19,266 nucleotides of DNA, taken from IMG/VR virus record IMGVR_UViG_2778261453_000019, one strand, 5' to 3'. Shown piece after piece: positions 7,853 to 17,241 of the stretch. The translations under genes and the position numbers were made by a program. Positions within the stretch are counted from its first letter, which is position 1. Every line of letters starts with the position of its first letter. The notes under the pieces are model-generated. The model did not search any database, was not told the DNA's origin, and worked only from the letters and a program-made list of their open reading frames with translations. The DNA comes from a virus. Taxonomy: Duplodnaviria; Heunggongvirae; Uroviricota; Caudoviricetes.

Positions 7853-9266
7853 TATCCGGGTCGCTTTCAGCGCCGTTGACAGGCTGACCCGGCCTGCCGA
7901 AAACGCCCGCCGCCTGATGGGGCAGTTTGGTGACTCCATCCAGCGAACGCAGGGGGCGATCAAAAATCTCGAGCGTCAGGCGCGATCATTTGAGCGCGCC
8001 CGCGACGCTGTCAGTAAAGCGGATGCGGGCATCGTGAAAGCACGACGCCAGCTTAACGCCCTTAATCAGTTACAACGCACGGGTACAGTGCTCAGCGAAA
8101 AACAACAAAAGCTGATGCGGCAGTTAAGCACCCGGCTTGAACGCCTGAATGAATCGCGCACACGGGAAATTCAGAAAATGCGGGAGCTTGGCGGAGAGCT
8201 GAAACGCCACGGCATTTCCCTGACAGGCAGCGATAACACCATCCAGCAGGCCATCAGACGCACCGAACAGTACAACAACCAGCTTGAACGCGAACGGCAG
8301 GCGCTTGCGCGTGTAACGCGGGCGCGTGAGCGGTATTCGCGCGTGCAGGAAACCGCGGGAAAACTGAAAACAGGTGGTGCGCTGGCAATTGGTGCGGCAG
8401 CGGCTGGCGGCTATGCTGCCGGGCGTTTTTTGCAGCCTGCGATCGGGTTCGGGAAAGAGATGTCCCGCGTTCAGGCGCTGACGCGAATCGACAAAAACAG
8501 CCCGCAGTTTAAGGCGCTGCGTGAGCAGGCGTTAAAACTTGGCTCTGAAACGCAGTTCACCGCAGGCGATGCCGCCAGTGGGCAGGCATTTCTTGCAATG
8601 GCTGGCTTCACACCACAGACCATTCAGGCTGCGCTCCCTGGCGTACTGAGCATGGCAACGGCTGGCAGTATGGACCTCGGTGAGACGGCGGATATTGGCT
8701 CAAATATTCTGACGCAGTTCGGTCTTTCTGCTGACCAGATGGACCGGGTCGGCGACACACTCACCGCAGCGTTTACCCGTACCAACACTGACCTTCGCGC
8801 ACTGGGTGAAACCATGAAATATGCAGGTCCGGTGGCGGGTAAGCTGGTTGATGAGACGAAAAAACGTATTGGCCCCGGCGATATTGTCTTTAAGAACCTG
8901 CCCCGCGCACTTGCCGTTCGTGGGGAGTGGCAGGAGCGGAAGATTGCGCAGGTCAGTAAGCCTGCTTCCGCAATCAACATCACACCCGTGGTCCCGACTC
9001 CTCTGCCTCCGGCGCTGGTCCCTGTTGTTGCGGCCAGCTCCCGCCCGGTGGCGGAGGCCATACGATCGCCAGTGGCATCAGTTCCTGCAACTTCCCGTAA
9101 CCGGGAGCCTGTTGTCTCCGGATTTGGCGGTGAAATTCATGTTCATCTGCATAACGTTGTTACGCAGAATCCCCGCGAACTGGCGAAACTGGTCGGTGAA
9201 ATGGTCAGGGCAGAAATGGAACGGCGCGCCCGTGCCGGGCGTGGCAGTTTTTGCGATAAAGATTGA
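7839..9266 (+). CDS. T: Tail tape measure protein (P2 gpT-like), apparently shortened (~475 aa)
   Basis: Coiled-coil-like N-terminal region, Gly/Ala-rich hydrophobic segment, LGETMKYAGPVAG tape-measure core motif; ORF-track start 7803 (GTG), ATG at 7830 or 7839 more likely. Confidence 0.8.
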   Translation: MKTLDIRVAFSAVDRLTRPAENARRLMGQFGDSIQRTQGAIKNLERQARSFERARDAVSKADAGIVKARRQLNALNQLQRTGTVLSEKQQKLMRQLSTRLERLNESRTREIQKMRELGGELKRHGISLTGSDNTIQQAIRRTEQYNNQLERERQALARVTRARERYSRVQETAGKLKTGGALAIGAAAAGGYAAGRFLQPAIGFGKEMSRVQALTRIDKNSPQFKALREQALKLGSETQFTAGDAASGQAFLAMAGFTPQTIQAALPGVLSMATAGSMDLGETADIGSNILTQFGLSADQMDRVGDTLTAAFTRTNTDLRALGETMKYAGPVAGKLVDETKKRIGPGDIVFKNLPRALAVRGEWQERKIAQVSKPASAINITPVVPTPLPPALVPVVAASSRPVAEAIRSPVASVPATSRNREPVVSGFGGEIHVHLHNVVTQNPRELAKLVGEMVRAEMERRARAGRGSFCDKD

Positions 9267-9278
9267 GGAGTCATGGCC

Positions 9279-9767
9279 ATGATGATGATCTACGGCATGT
9301 TTGTTTTTGAGCTGCGCACATTGCCGCATCAGCAGTTACAGCAAAATAAAAGCTGGCGGCATGTGAAAAATGAACGCGTTAACCGTTCAGCAAGCTGGCA
9401 GTATATCGGTGCAGGTGATGACCGCATCGTTCTTTCTGGTGTGCTTTATCCTGAAATTACAGGTGGCGAAGTGTCGCTGTCTCTGCTGACCACGCAGGCG
9501 TATACAGGACGGCCCTGGCCTCTGATTGATGGCGTCGGGCAGATTTACGGCATGTATGTCCTGACCGAAACGAATACGACCCGTTCCGAGTTTGATCGCT
9601 ACGGTAAAGCGAAAAAGATAGAATTTTCACTGACTCTTGAACGCTGTGATGAGGATTTGCGGGAGCGCCTGCAATCCTCATCGTTCAGCGATATGTTGTC
9701 CGGCTTCAAAGATAAGGTGACATCATCCCTTAATAGCGCGGCCAGCTCAGTTAAGGGGCTGCTCTGA
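9279..9767 (+). CDS. U: Tail protein (P2 gpU-like)
   Basis: ~162 aa ORF directly after T; GAGGAG SD placed for ATG at 9279 (ORF track start 9273). Confidence 0.8.
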   Translation: MMMIYGMFVFELRTLPHQQLQQNKSWRHVKNERVNRSASWQYIGAGDDRIVLSGVLYPEITGGEVSLSLLTTQAYTGRPWPLIDGVGQIYGMYVLTETNTTRSEFDRYGKAKKIEFSLTLERCDEDLRERLQSSSFSDMLSGFKDKVTSSLNSAASSVKGLL

Positions 9768-9843
9768 TTTAACGTATGTCGCCAATTTCCTGATGAAGGT
9801 GACTGGCGACTTGCTGTTGTATGTCCTTCTCAGAAAATTGTTT

Positions 9844-9872
9844 TTGAATAACAAATAACAGGATTTTATAAT
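9844..9872 (+). promoter_or_regulatory. Near-consensus sigma70 promoter: TTGAAT (9844-9849) - 17 bp - TATAAT (9867-9872)
   Basis: Hexamers and spacing read directly; ~50 bp upstream of acetyltransferase start. Confidence 0.65.
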
Positions 9873-9923
9873 CTCTTAACCTTATAACATGTGTGGTCTG
9901 AAATAATAATTAAGGAGATTATC

Positions 9924-10496
9924 GTGCTGTCTTACTTAATGGCAATTCACTTTGTTTTATTTGGGAACTCTACTAATTTAAAAAACTTCTGGAAATATGA
10001 AGTAATTCGGCGGAAACGTATGGATATCTGGAGGCTTTTAAGAGAGAAAAAACAGCGTAACCGGAATTTCCTTTTCTGGTGGCGGTTGGCTAACGAAATG
10101 TATATTAATGGTAATAAATTACATAAGAAAGCAGCCAAAAAGTTAAACAGTAAAATAATTAACAAATTTGGTTGTGAAATTGGATTGGGCGCAAATATTG
10201 GAAAAGGGTTAACAATTCCCCATCACACTGGAATTGTTGTTCATTTTGCTGTTGATGCTGGTGAAAATCTGGTGTTACGACAGAATACTACCATTGGACA
10301 GATAGATGGTGACATGCCTGGTTCAAGAGTAAAAATTGGTAGTAACGTTGATATCGGAGCTAATTGTTGCATCATTGGATTATCACGTAAAATTGGGGAT
10401 AATGTAAAAATAGGTGCAATGTCTTTTATAAATAAAGATATACCATCGAACTGCACATATATAACTAAAAAGAGCGGTGCTGTATTGTATAAATAG
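9924..10496 (+). CDS. Hexapeptide-repeat (left-handed beta-helix) acetyltransferase, serine O-acetyltransferase/CysE-like; AT-rich moron
   Basis: Repeating [LIV]-G-x-x-x-x hexapeptides (IGLGANIGKG, VKIGSNVDIGANCCIIG, IGDNVKIGA) and HHTGIVV resembling CysE core; GTG at 9924 preceded by AAGGAG (9912-9917); ORF track start 9891. Confidence 0.8.
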   Translation: MLSYLMAIHFVLFGNSTNLKNFWKYEVIRRKRMDIWRLLREKKQRNRNFLFWWRLANEMYINGNKLHKKAAKKLNSKIINKFGCEIGLGANIGKGLTIPHHTGIVVHFAVDAGENLVLRQNTTIGQIDGDMPGSRVKIGSNVDIGANCCIIGLSRKIGDNVKIGAMSFINKDIPSNCTYITKKSGAVLYK

Positions 10497-10503
10497 AGTA
10501 CAT

Positions 10504-10541
10504 AAAGCCATCGATATTTCTATCGATGGCTTTTTCTTTTT
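10504..10541. terminator. Strong rho-independent, probably bidirectional terminator (AAAGCCATCGATA-TTTC-TATCGATGGCTTT then TTTTCTTTTT)
   Basis: Perfect 13-bp stem, 4-nt loop, T-tract on plus strand and A-tract upstream; lies between convergent acetyltransferase and G. Confidence 0.8.
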
Positions 10542-11118
10542 ATTGTGGGGCGACAGGCCACTCAATATCTGCTGCTACTGTTGTATCAACACGATGCAAC
10601 AATACCCGATATGTCTTCCATGCAGCCAGTAACGATGTCTCTTCCTCCGTCGCAATATCTAAATCTATAGCATCCTGAAGTGGTGCAATATGCTCACTGG
10701 CTACCTGCATCAGGCTGTTTTTTGTTTCTTCCGCCTCCCTTATCCGAAACAGTTTTTCTGCTTCTGCATCTTTCACCCAGGATGTGCCGTTCCACTTCTG
10801 ATACTCTCCATACGGCGACAACCAGGTAACATTTTCCGGTAATGGACCGAGTTCAGAAATAAATAACGAGTCCCCTGATGCCACGTCATAAACCGTTTTA
10901 CCCCGATGGTCTTCAACGAGATGCCACGATGCCTCATCACTGTTGAAAACGGCCACGAAGCCAGCCGGAATATCTGGCGGGGCAATATCGGTACTGTTTG
11001 CAGGCAGACCTGTATGAGGTGGAATGTATGCATCACCTTCACCAATAAACTCATTGGTTCCGGTCAGTAGATTATAAATTTTTATGGTCCGTGATTGTTC
11101 ACTCATTCTGAATGTCAT
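10540..11118 (-). CDS. G: Tail fibre assembly chaperone (P2 gpG / Tfa-like)
   Basis: 192 aa immediately downstream of tail fibre gene with overlapping start/stop; family recognised. Confidence 0.8.
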   Translation of the reverse strand: MTFRMSEQSRTIKIYNLLTGTNEFIGEGDAYIPPHTGLPANSTDIAPPDIPAGFVAVFNSDEASWHLVEDHRGKTVYDVASGDSLFISELGPLPENVTWLSPYGEYQKWNGTSWVKDAEAEKLFRIREAEETKNSLMQVASEHIAPLQDAIDLDIATEEETSLLAAWKTYRVLLHRVDTTVAADIEWPVAPQ

Positions 11119-13250
11119 TATGCAAGCCTCACAATATAGTTAAATGCGATGTTTTTTACGGTGTTTTCTGCGTTCCCCGTAGCATTAACGGTGATGGTGT
11201 GTCCGTGGGGACCAATAATGACAGAATGGGCATGAGCACCAATGCCGATAGTGTGGTTATGGGCACCGATATATACATTGTGAGCATGCCCTCCTGCGCT
11301 CGACGTGGTACCAGTACCTAACGCAGCGTTATAACCGGCTGATACACCATTCCCCGCGCCAGTGTGACCAACAGGTATATTGTGTGAATGAGCTCCTGCG
11401 CTATTTGTGGTTTTTGTGCCGTAATCAAATGAACTGGTCGTTTTAGTACCGTAATCAAACGACGATGTGGTTTTCGTCCCCAAATCAGTACTGGATGCGC
11501 TGGCGCTGTGGGTGTGCGATTTAATGCCGTCCTGTTCCTGAGACAGTACGGCACGACCACTGGCAGGTTTGCCCTTGATAGTCCAGCCACGCATATCAGG
11601 GATCACGCCTGACGGATAAGCGACTGCAAGTTTCGGGTATGCAGATTTGTCAAAAGTCTGCCCCTGCATCAGGGCATAACCAGACGGAACGGTATCTGAT
11701 GGCCACGGAATCGGTGCACCGACTGGATAAAACTTTTCAGGAGGATGAGCCGAGGTGTAAAGCTGCGCCCACGGCGACCAGTTTGCGTCGGTCGTATCCC
11801 GTCGTGAACGAATAAATGCCGGAGCATGAGCACCGCTTATACCACTCCAGCCGATGAGTAATTCGCCTTCGCCAACGGCTGTCATCCCTTTCAGGTGAAT
11901 GATATTTCCATACGCTGTTGGATATCCGTTGTTATACGCCTCGTATAACTCCAGACCTGTGGCCCCCTGCATATTATCTGTCAGGGCGGTCACCCGACCT
12001 TTTGAAGCCAGATTAACTGACGATACTGCTGTCCCATCTGACGGTAACGCCCCGATCTCTGATGCTGTTGGCTTATTCCTGGAGTTATAGTCCCTTCGCC
12101 AGCCAGGAGCATAAGCATCACCATGATTAATATAAGTAAATTGAGCATTAGGGATGCCTTCACCGCTGGATGTACTCGGTGTGGTAATGCGTATGGTCAT
12201 TGCGCCGCGGGTGCCAATAACTTCCACAACAGCACCTGCAAGACAAATATTTCCGCAACCTGTATCTGTAATGACCTTATTACTTGCATAAGCCCATGAG
12301 CCTTTGCACATCCAGTAAGGATGGTTAAATGCCCCCTGACTCTCTAGCCAAAAAATCAACTGCGCAGTTGTCCATGCTTCACTATCTCCACCAATATTCA
12401 GCTCTGCACTATATGCACGGCAGGCACCGATATTTTTCGTAAAGGTGTCTTTGTCAGAGATATCCTCACCATTCTTAGCTTTCTGCAGACGTTTTTCAGC
12501 ATTGTCATAGGCAGCTTTTACTGCATTTGATGTTGCCGCCAGCGTTTCAGACGTGCTGTTGGTTGCACTGCTGAGCTGGACTATCCCTTTTTGTGCCGTA
12601 GTGGCGTCCTGAGCGGTATATTTTCCGTTAGCCATGTCATACGCTGCCTTAACCGCTTTCGGCGTTGCAGCCAGCGTTTCAGAATCGCTGTTAGTGGCGC
12701 TACTGAGTTGAACAAAGCCTTTTGCGGTCAGCGAGGCGTCCGGGTGACGTCGTGACTGTTCATGTTCTTTCAGTTTGTCATTCACGTAATCCACTGTGGC
12801 CATAACCATGGTGTTATCCACGGTAAGCGCCACGGTGGCAGTGCTGGATACGGTCAGAATGGTGCGAAATGTTTGTGCACGTCCGGATCCTTCGGCAACG
12901 GTTGGCTTGTAACTTTCGGCAGTATTGCCCACCGCGATCAAATCGCCGTGCTCATCAAATACACCAATTTCCCGGATCCAGAATCCGCCCGTTTCAGGAG
13001 GAATAACCAGCTCCGCAATAATGCGGTTCTGATGTGTTGCGTCCAGGATGACGCGATTAACAGTATGTCGCCACACCTCATGCACCAGACGGGTCTGCTT
13101 ACTGTCTGGTGTGGGCAACGTGCCGCCACCGTCGCCCACGGCCATGTGAGTCAGGCGGACAGGATTACCATCTGGCGCGGCTGCCTGAGCTAATTTTTTG
13201 GCACCAGTATCAGTGATAATGGTTTTAAATTTTCGTGTTGTGGTACTCAT
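11118..13250 (-). CDS. H: Tail fibre protein (P2 gpH-like) with C-terminal His-x-His-rich tip domain
   Basis: 710 aa; N-terminal region typical of P2 H; C-terminus carries HSH/HAH/HNH/HAH/HGH motifs and a 10-aa tandem repeat. Confidence 0.9.
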   Translation of the reverse strand: MSTTTRKFKTIITDTGAKKLAQAAAPDGNPVRLTHMAVGDGGGTLPTPDSKQTRLVHEVWRHTVNRVILDATHQNRIIAELVIPPETGGFWIREIGVFDEHGDLIAVGNTAESYKPTVAEGSGRAQTFRTILTVSSTATVALTVDNTMVMATVDYVNDKLKEHEQSRRHPDASLTAKGFVQLSSATNSDSETLAATPKAVKAAYDMANGKYTAQDATTAQKGIVQLSSATNSTSETLAATSNAVKAAYDNAEKRLQKAKNGEDISDKDTFTKNIGACRAYSAELNIGGDSEAWTTAQLIFWLESQGAFNHPYWMCKGSWAYASNKVITDTGCGNICLAGAVVEVIGTRGAMTIRITTPSTSSGEGIPNAQFTYINHGDAYAPGWRRDYNSRNKPTASEIGALPSDGTAVSSVNLASKGRVTALTDNMQGATGLELYEAYNNGYPTAYGNIIHLKGMTAVGEGELLIGWSGISGAHAPAFIRSRRDTTDANWSPWAQLYTSAHPPEKFYPVGAPIPWPSDTVPSGYALMQGQTFDKSAYPKLAVAYPSGVIPDMRGWTIKGKPASGRAVLSQEQDGIKSHTHSASASSTDLGTKTTSSFDYGTKTTSSFDYGTKTTNSAGAHSHNIPVGHTGAGNGVSAGYNAALGTGTTSSAGGHAHNVYIGAHNHTIGIGAHAHSVIIGPHGHTITVNATGNAENTVKNIAFNYIVRLA
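11401..11486 (-). repeat. Three imperfect 30-bp tandem repeats inside the tail fibre gene, encoding [10 protein letters not shown] / [10 protein letters not shown] / [10 protein letters not shown]
   Basis: Verified by translating the minus strand in the H frame. Confidence 0.8.
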
Positions 13251-13252
13251 GC

Positions 13253-13783
13253 TTAATCGTCCGGATAAATGGTAATGACTTCACCGTCGTAAGTTGCTGC
13301 CGCCGCGAAAATATCCCCCGGGATCTCCTGAATGATATTCAGCCCTGTCATGTGGCGGCTGACCGGGCGGGCATCAGCAATCAACCGCTCCATTTCCAGA
13401 TACATTTCCTCCGTCACGCCACTGTCCAGCGTGCCGACTTCAACGGTAAATGTTCCCGGTTCTCCGCCGAACTCCCACCACTCAGACACACGAATGAGGT
13501 ATCCCAGCGGCTCAATGGCCCGGCGCAGTGCGCTGATGGTCCCTTTGTGTCGGTGTATCAGCCATGCGTCACGAATCACCTGTCGCTTTGTCTCTTCCGG
13601 CCAGTTGCGATCCCAGCGGTCAACGGAAAATGCCCAGGCGAGATAAGGCAGCAGGTGCACCGGGCAGGTGTCCGGCGACCACAGCGTGTTGAGGTCTACC
13701 GGAATGTCTGTAATGCGTGTTCCGACGGCTTCGGCATAACGCATGAAATTGCTGGCTGATGGTGGTAACAACGAATTACTCAT
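13253..13783 (-). CDS. I: Baseplate protein (P2 gpI-like)
   Basis: Start set at ATG 13783 (MSNSLLPP...) with AAGGTGG SD; ORF track start 13816 is GTG. Confidence 0.8.
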   Translation of the reverse strand: MSNSLLPPSASNFMRYAEAVGTRITDIPVDLNTLWSPDTCPVHLLPYLAWAFSVDRWDRNWPEETKRQVIRDAWLIHRHKGTISALRRAIEPLGYLIRVSEWWEFGGEPGTFTVEVGTLDSGVTEEMYLEMERLIADARPVSRHMTGLNIIQEIPGDIFAAAATYDGEVITIYPDD

Positions 13784-14672
13784 TGCGCCCACCTTCGCTG
13801 ATGGTGAATGACTCACAGCGCGCCGCCTGTATGTCGCTGATGGCCATATTCTGTGTGGGTTCGATTATCTCCACGCGTTGCACACCGTGCACATGCAGTG
13901 CGGCAGCAATGGCGGACAACGCCACGTCCTGACCGATAAGCCCCTGCTCAGCCAGCCACTTCCTGAACGACGATTCCGCCGCGGCCAGAATAGGTTCGGA
14001 TTCCGGGCCGGGGTAAAAGTACAGTTTTGCATTCAGCCGCCATGTCACGATTCTGGCACTCTGTACGGTCAGGCGGTCGGCCACCGGGCGGGTATCCTCT
14101 GCATTCAGAACGGCGCGAACGGTATTAAGCAACGCCTCCGTTGCTGTGCCGTCGCCCTCAGTGGACAGTATGGAAACCGTCACGTTGGCCGGAGACGGGC
14201 TGATGGCCCGCGCATCGCGTACCAGACCGCTGGCGCTGCGTGCAAAATACTCGTATGCACCTGAAGGGCCAGCAACACTCAGACCGTCATATGCCCGTTG
14301 CGCCCGTAGTCTCAGCGAGGTGTCACTTTCCATCACTGCGTCGGTGGTATCCGTTGCCGGAGTGATGGTCAGGCGTTTTGTGTTCATATTGCCCGCGAGG
14401 TTGTCCAGGTCTGTCCCGGCGCTGTGGCTTAACATGCAGGCGCGTGCCCCCTCATTGATCCGCTGGCGTAACAGCATTTCGCGAAACGCTGTTGTCTGGG
14501 CGATAACGTTCAGGGGTTCCGATTCCAGCTCCAGCGCGGCGGAGACGGCTTCACGCTGTTCGGCGGGATAAGCCGCAATCATCATGGCCTTTGTGTCAGC
14601 CAGAATTGCCTCAAACTCAGGCTCCGCGATGATGGCGGGTTCCGGTAACTGGGAAAGGTCAACAGCAGGCAT
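13776..14672 (-). CDS. J: Baseplate assembly protein (P2 gpJ-like)
   Basis: 298 aa, position between W and I; family recognised. Confidence 0.85.
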   Translation of the reverse strand: MPAVDLSQLPEPAIIAEPEFEAILADTKAMMIAAYPAEQREAVSAALELESEPLNVIAQTTAFREMLLRQRINEGARACMLSHSAGTDLDNLAGNMNTKRLTITPATDTTDAVMESDTSLRLRAQRAYDGLSVAGPSGAYEYFARSASGLVRDARAISPSPANVTVSILSTEGDGTATEALLNTVRAVLNAEDTRPVADRLTVQSARIVTWRLNAKLYFYPGPESEPILAAAESSFRKWLAEQGLIGQDVALSAIAAALHVHGVQRVEIIEPTQNMAISDIQAARCESFTISEGGRNE

Positions 14673-14675
14673 GAT

Positions 14676-15026
14676 TTACTCTCTCAGCGTGATGGTTAAT
14701 TCAACATTCTGCATGGTCTGCATGACAGTGCCCGACAGCGTCACCCCGGCGCGGCCTCCTGCCTTCCAGACAACGTCGATAGCGTCCAGGGCAATGCGGG
14801 GTTCCCATCGTGTCAGCGCAATCACGGCAGCACTCATGCATTGCAGACGCGTGGTGTTATTCATGGGTTCGTCAATCAAATCAGGCACAAGGCTGCCATA
14901 TTCCCGTCGCATAACCCGGCTTGCCAGCGGGGTGGTCAGGATGTCCCTGACTGACTGTTTCAGGTGCTCCATATCGTTCAGGTTTCCCGTTCCGTCCGGG
15001 TTCATACCTGTGTAGCGGGTTGTCAC
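14676..15026 (-). CDS. W: Baseplate wedge protein (P2 gpW / gp25-like)
   Basis: 116 aa, position between V and J. Confidence 0.8.
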   Translation of the reverse strand: MTTRYTGMNPDGTGNLNDMEHLKQSVRDILTTPLASRVMRREYGSLVPDLIDEPMNNTTRLQCMSAAVIALTRWEPRIALDAIDVVWKAGGRAGVTLSGTVMQTMQNVELTITLRE

Positions 15027-15604
15027 TGCGGGCCTCCTGTCGAATCGCTGCCACCTTTAACGCCACCGTGTTTATGCGTATGCACTGTGATGCCGTTTGA
15101 GGTGAAATTGCCGCCGCTGTGCGTGATATTGCCGCTCATCTTTCCCCCTTTTGTGACGTCAAGCGTCGCCGTTCTCAGAAGGTCTGTGCATTCCACGACG
15201 GGCGTATCCAGTGTCACGCTGACGGATGCCTGCAGGGTGGCTGTTTTCATGCCGCTGGCGCTCAGTGCGCCTGCGTCCGCGTCGTAGCGGAACACCGCGC
15301 CATCCGGCGCGCTGACCACGATTTCTTTCAGGCTTTTGCCGGGGGCCGGACTGGCATCACTCCACAGGCTGCCAATTATCATGGCGGTTTCCGGGTTGCC
15401 GCCAATGCAGGCAATTACCACCTGTTCGCCTGGTGATGGCGGCAGCCACACATTGAAGGCTCCCGCGCGCGTGGTGTTCCAGCGCAGCCAGCCTGTTTCC
15501 AGTTCGCCGCTGCGAACGCGCACGCGCCAGGACTTCTCGTCAACTTCAGAGATGATCCCGGTGCGGATGATATTGCTCAGCAGTCGCATGAGTTCTGCGC
15601 TCAC
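15023..15604 (-). CDS. V: Baseplate central spike protein (P2 gpV-like)
   Basis: 193 aa, overlapping starts/stops with S and W. Confidence 0.8.
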   Translation of the reverse strand: MSAELMRLLSNIIRTGIISEVDEKSWRVRVRSGELETGWLRWNTTRAGAFNVWLPPSPGEQVVIACIGGNPETAMIIGSLWSDASPAPGKSLKEIVVSAPDGAVFRYDADAGALSASGMKTATLQASVSVTLDTPVVECTDLLRTATLDVTKGGKMSGNITHSGGNFTSNGITVHTHKHGGVKGGSDSTGGPQ

Positions 15605-16245
15605 CGTACAGCCTCCGCAATCCGGCCCAGCACCGTGTTATAAATCAGGCGTTCATCTGCCTGACTGATGCCCAACAGCTCACGTACCGGGTAATCGGTG
15701 AAAATGCCCGGCGCAACCTGATCGCGCTCACCGAACTGATGAACGCGGGCAATACGTGCGGCCACGCCGCTGTAACCCACCGTCACACCGGAAGCATCTG
15801 CACGGGCTTTCAGGTAGCGGGCGGTGCGCAGTTTTACGAACATGGGGACGCGCTTTGTGCTGTCCTGGTTGATGCGCCGGGTGCGTATTTCCAGAAAACG
15901 GTCGATGTCATCCCGGTAAAACGTGCGGATATTGTTTTTATCCTCATCCCACCCGGTAATGGTTCGCCCGTATTTCCCCGTGTCGTGATGCCAGTTTTTC
16001 AGCGTGCGTGCTTCGTTATTCCAGATAAAGCGAATGCGTTCCTGTATCCGGGTTACGCGGCGTCTGCGTGGTGTCCATGCGGTCCCGTCCGGCGCTTTCT
16101 GTGACCGGATGCGCGCCTGCTGGGCGCGGCGTAAATCCTGTGCCAGCTTTCTGGCGATGTTATTGATGGCCTGCTGATTCAGGCTGTCGCGGATGGCCTC
16201 AAAGGTTTCATCCACGCGGGTGAATGCCTTATCCATCGCTTTCAC
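15601..16245 (-). CDS. Tail completion / virion morphogenesis protein (P2 gpS-like position)
   Basis: 214 aa between R and V; assignment by synteny and general resemblance. Confidence 0.65.
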   Translation of the reverse strand: MKAMDKAFTRVDETFEAIRDSLNQQAINNIARKLAQDLRRAQQARIRSQKAPDGTAWTPRRRRVTRIQERIRFIWNNEARTLKNWHHDTGKYGRTITGWDEDKNNIRTFYRDDIDRFLEIRTRRINQDSTKRVPMFVKLRTARYLKARADASGVTVGYSGVAARIARVHQFGERDQVAPGIFTDYPVRELLGISQADERLIYNTVLGRIAEAVR

Positions 16246-16696
16246 CCCACGTCACATCCTGGAATACATGCGACCAGCCGCCTTCGGAAGATGGCAGGCG
16301 GGGTTTTGGCTCCGGCAGGTGTTCTGCCTGCGGTGTGCCCTGACTGCTGCGCGTGATGCGAACGCGTTCCCGCAGGGGGAGCGTAAACAGGAGATCGGCG
16401 CTGTCATCGTCATTGATAACGGCGGAAAATTTGATGTCCTGATTACGCTCAGGGTTGAGCAACAACTGTGGCTGATTTTCGGATAACCACGCCAGCAGCG
16501 GCAGCGTGAGGTCGTCCAGCTCCCCGGCGTAATCCATGACAAACATCACCATCTGATAGCGGTAAACAAACGATGGGGTTTCTCCGGTCGTTTCAATGTT
16601 GCCGCTCTCCACGAAAATGGTGAATTTTTCCGGGTTGGCCTGACACCATCGGCATGAACGGGTCATGGCTTCACGCAGGGAATCAGTTTTCAGCAT
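16229..16696 (-). CDS. Tail completion protein (P2 gpR-like)
   Basis: 155 aa (P2 R ~155 aa), synteny after lysis genes. Confidence 0.7.
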   Translation of the reverse strand: MLKTDSLREAMTRSCRWCQANPEKFTIFVESGNIETTGETPSFVYRYQMVMFVMDYAGELDDLTLPLLAWLSENQPQLLLNPERNQDIKFSAVINDDDSADLLFTLPLRERVRITRSSQGTPQAEHLPEPKPRLPSSEGGWSHVFQDVTWGESDG

Positions 16697-16973
16697 GGTT
16701 GTTGTCCTCGTTGTTCAGTCGTTGCAGCCTGCGCTGTTCCAGTAATTCAATGGCCCGTTTATCCGCGTTACAGGTTTCCAGTGCATCCAGAAGGCGGTCG
16801 CCCCATATACCGAGATTTCCCCATGTGGGAGGGTCAGGGAAGGGGGGCGGCGTTACCGGAATGGTCAGCGTCTGCGGTATAAGCCGGACTGACGGCGCTG
16901 GCCGTGGCGCGTTCTGCGTGCCTGCGCAACCTGTCAGTAAAACGAGCGTCAGGCAAAGCGTGGGCGCATTCAT
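16683..16973 (-). CDS. Outer-membrane spanin lipoprotein (LysC/Rz1-like), partly embedded in LysB in another frame
   Basis: MNAPTLCLTLVLLTGC lipobox signal, Pro-rich mature region; overlaps the LysB 3' end. Confidence 0.65.
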   Translation of the reverse strand: MNAPTLCLTLVLLTGCAGTQNAPRPAPSVRLIPQTLTIPVTPPPFPDPPTWGNLGIWGDRLLDALETCNADKRAIELLEQRRLQRLNNEDNNHAEN

Positions 16974-17241
16974 CTTTTGCAATATCGTTGCGTAGCTGTT
17001 CACGTCTGGCCTCTCCGTCCTGATTTCGCTGTTGATTTTCCACGCGGAGTTGCGCCAGCACCTGCTGCATATCCTGTACCCCGGCACTGATGATATTCAG
17101 TGTGTCGACGGTACTTTTCAGGGTGCTGGCCTGTGCTTCGTTTCTGGCGTTCTCCCGGCCAAGCGACCATGACAGACGCATGGATGTTCCCCATGCGGCA
17201 ATCAGAAGGAAAGCGACACCCAGCGTGGGCCAGAGCTTCAT
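16834..17241 (-). CDS. Inner-membrane spanin (LysB/Rz-like)
   Basis: Start at ATG 17241 (MKLWPTLGVAFLLIAAWG... N-terminal TM helix) just after endolysin stop; coiled-coil-like remainder. Confidence 0.7.
   Translation of the reverse strand: MKLWPTLGVAFLLIAAWGTSMRLSWSLGRENARNEAQASTLKSTVDTLNIISAGVQDMQQVLAQLRVENQQRNQDGEARREQLRNDIAKDECAHALPDARFTDRLRRHAERATASAVSPAYTADADHSGNAAPLP

Noticed and set aside
8624-9282. ORFs of 145 aa (minus) and 153 aa (plus, alternative frame) inside the tape-measure gene
   Set aside because: Arise from GC-rich, stop-poor sequence; the T frame has the recognisable tape-measure motifs.
11318-11590. 90-aa alternative-frame ORF inside the tail fibre gene
   Set aside because: Overlaps the repeat/His-rich tip region of H; the H frame is continuous over 710 aa and is the supported reading.
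13235-15287. Series of plus-strand ORFs (104-174 aa) opposite the I, J, W and V genes
   Set aside because: All are antisense to syntenic, homologous baseplate genes; typical shadow ORFs.
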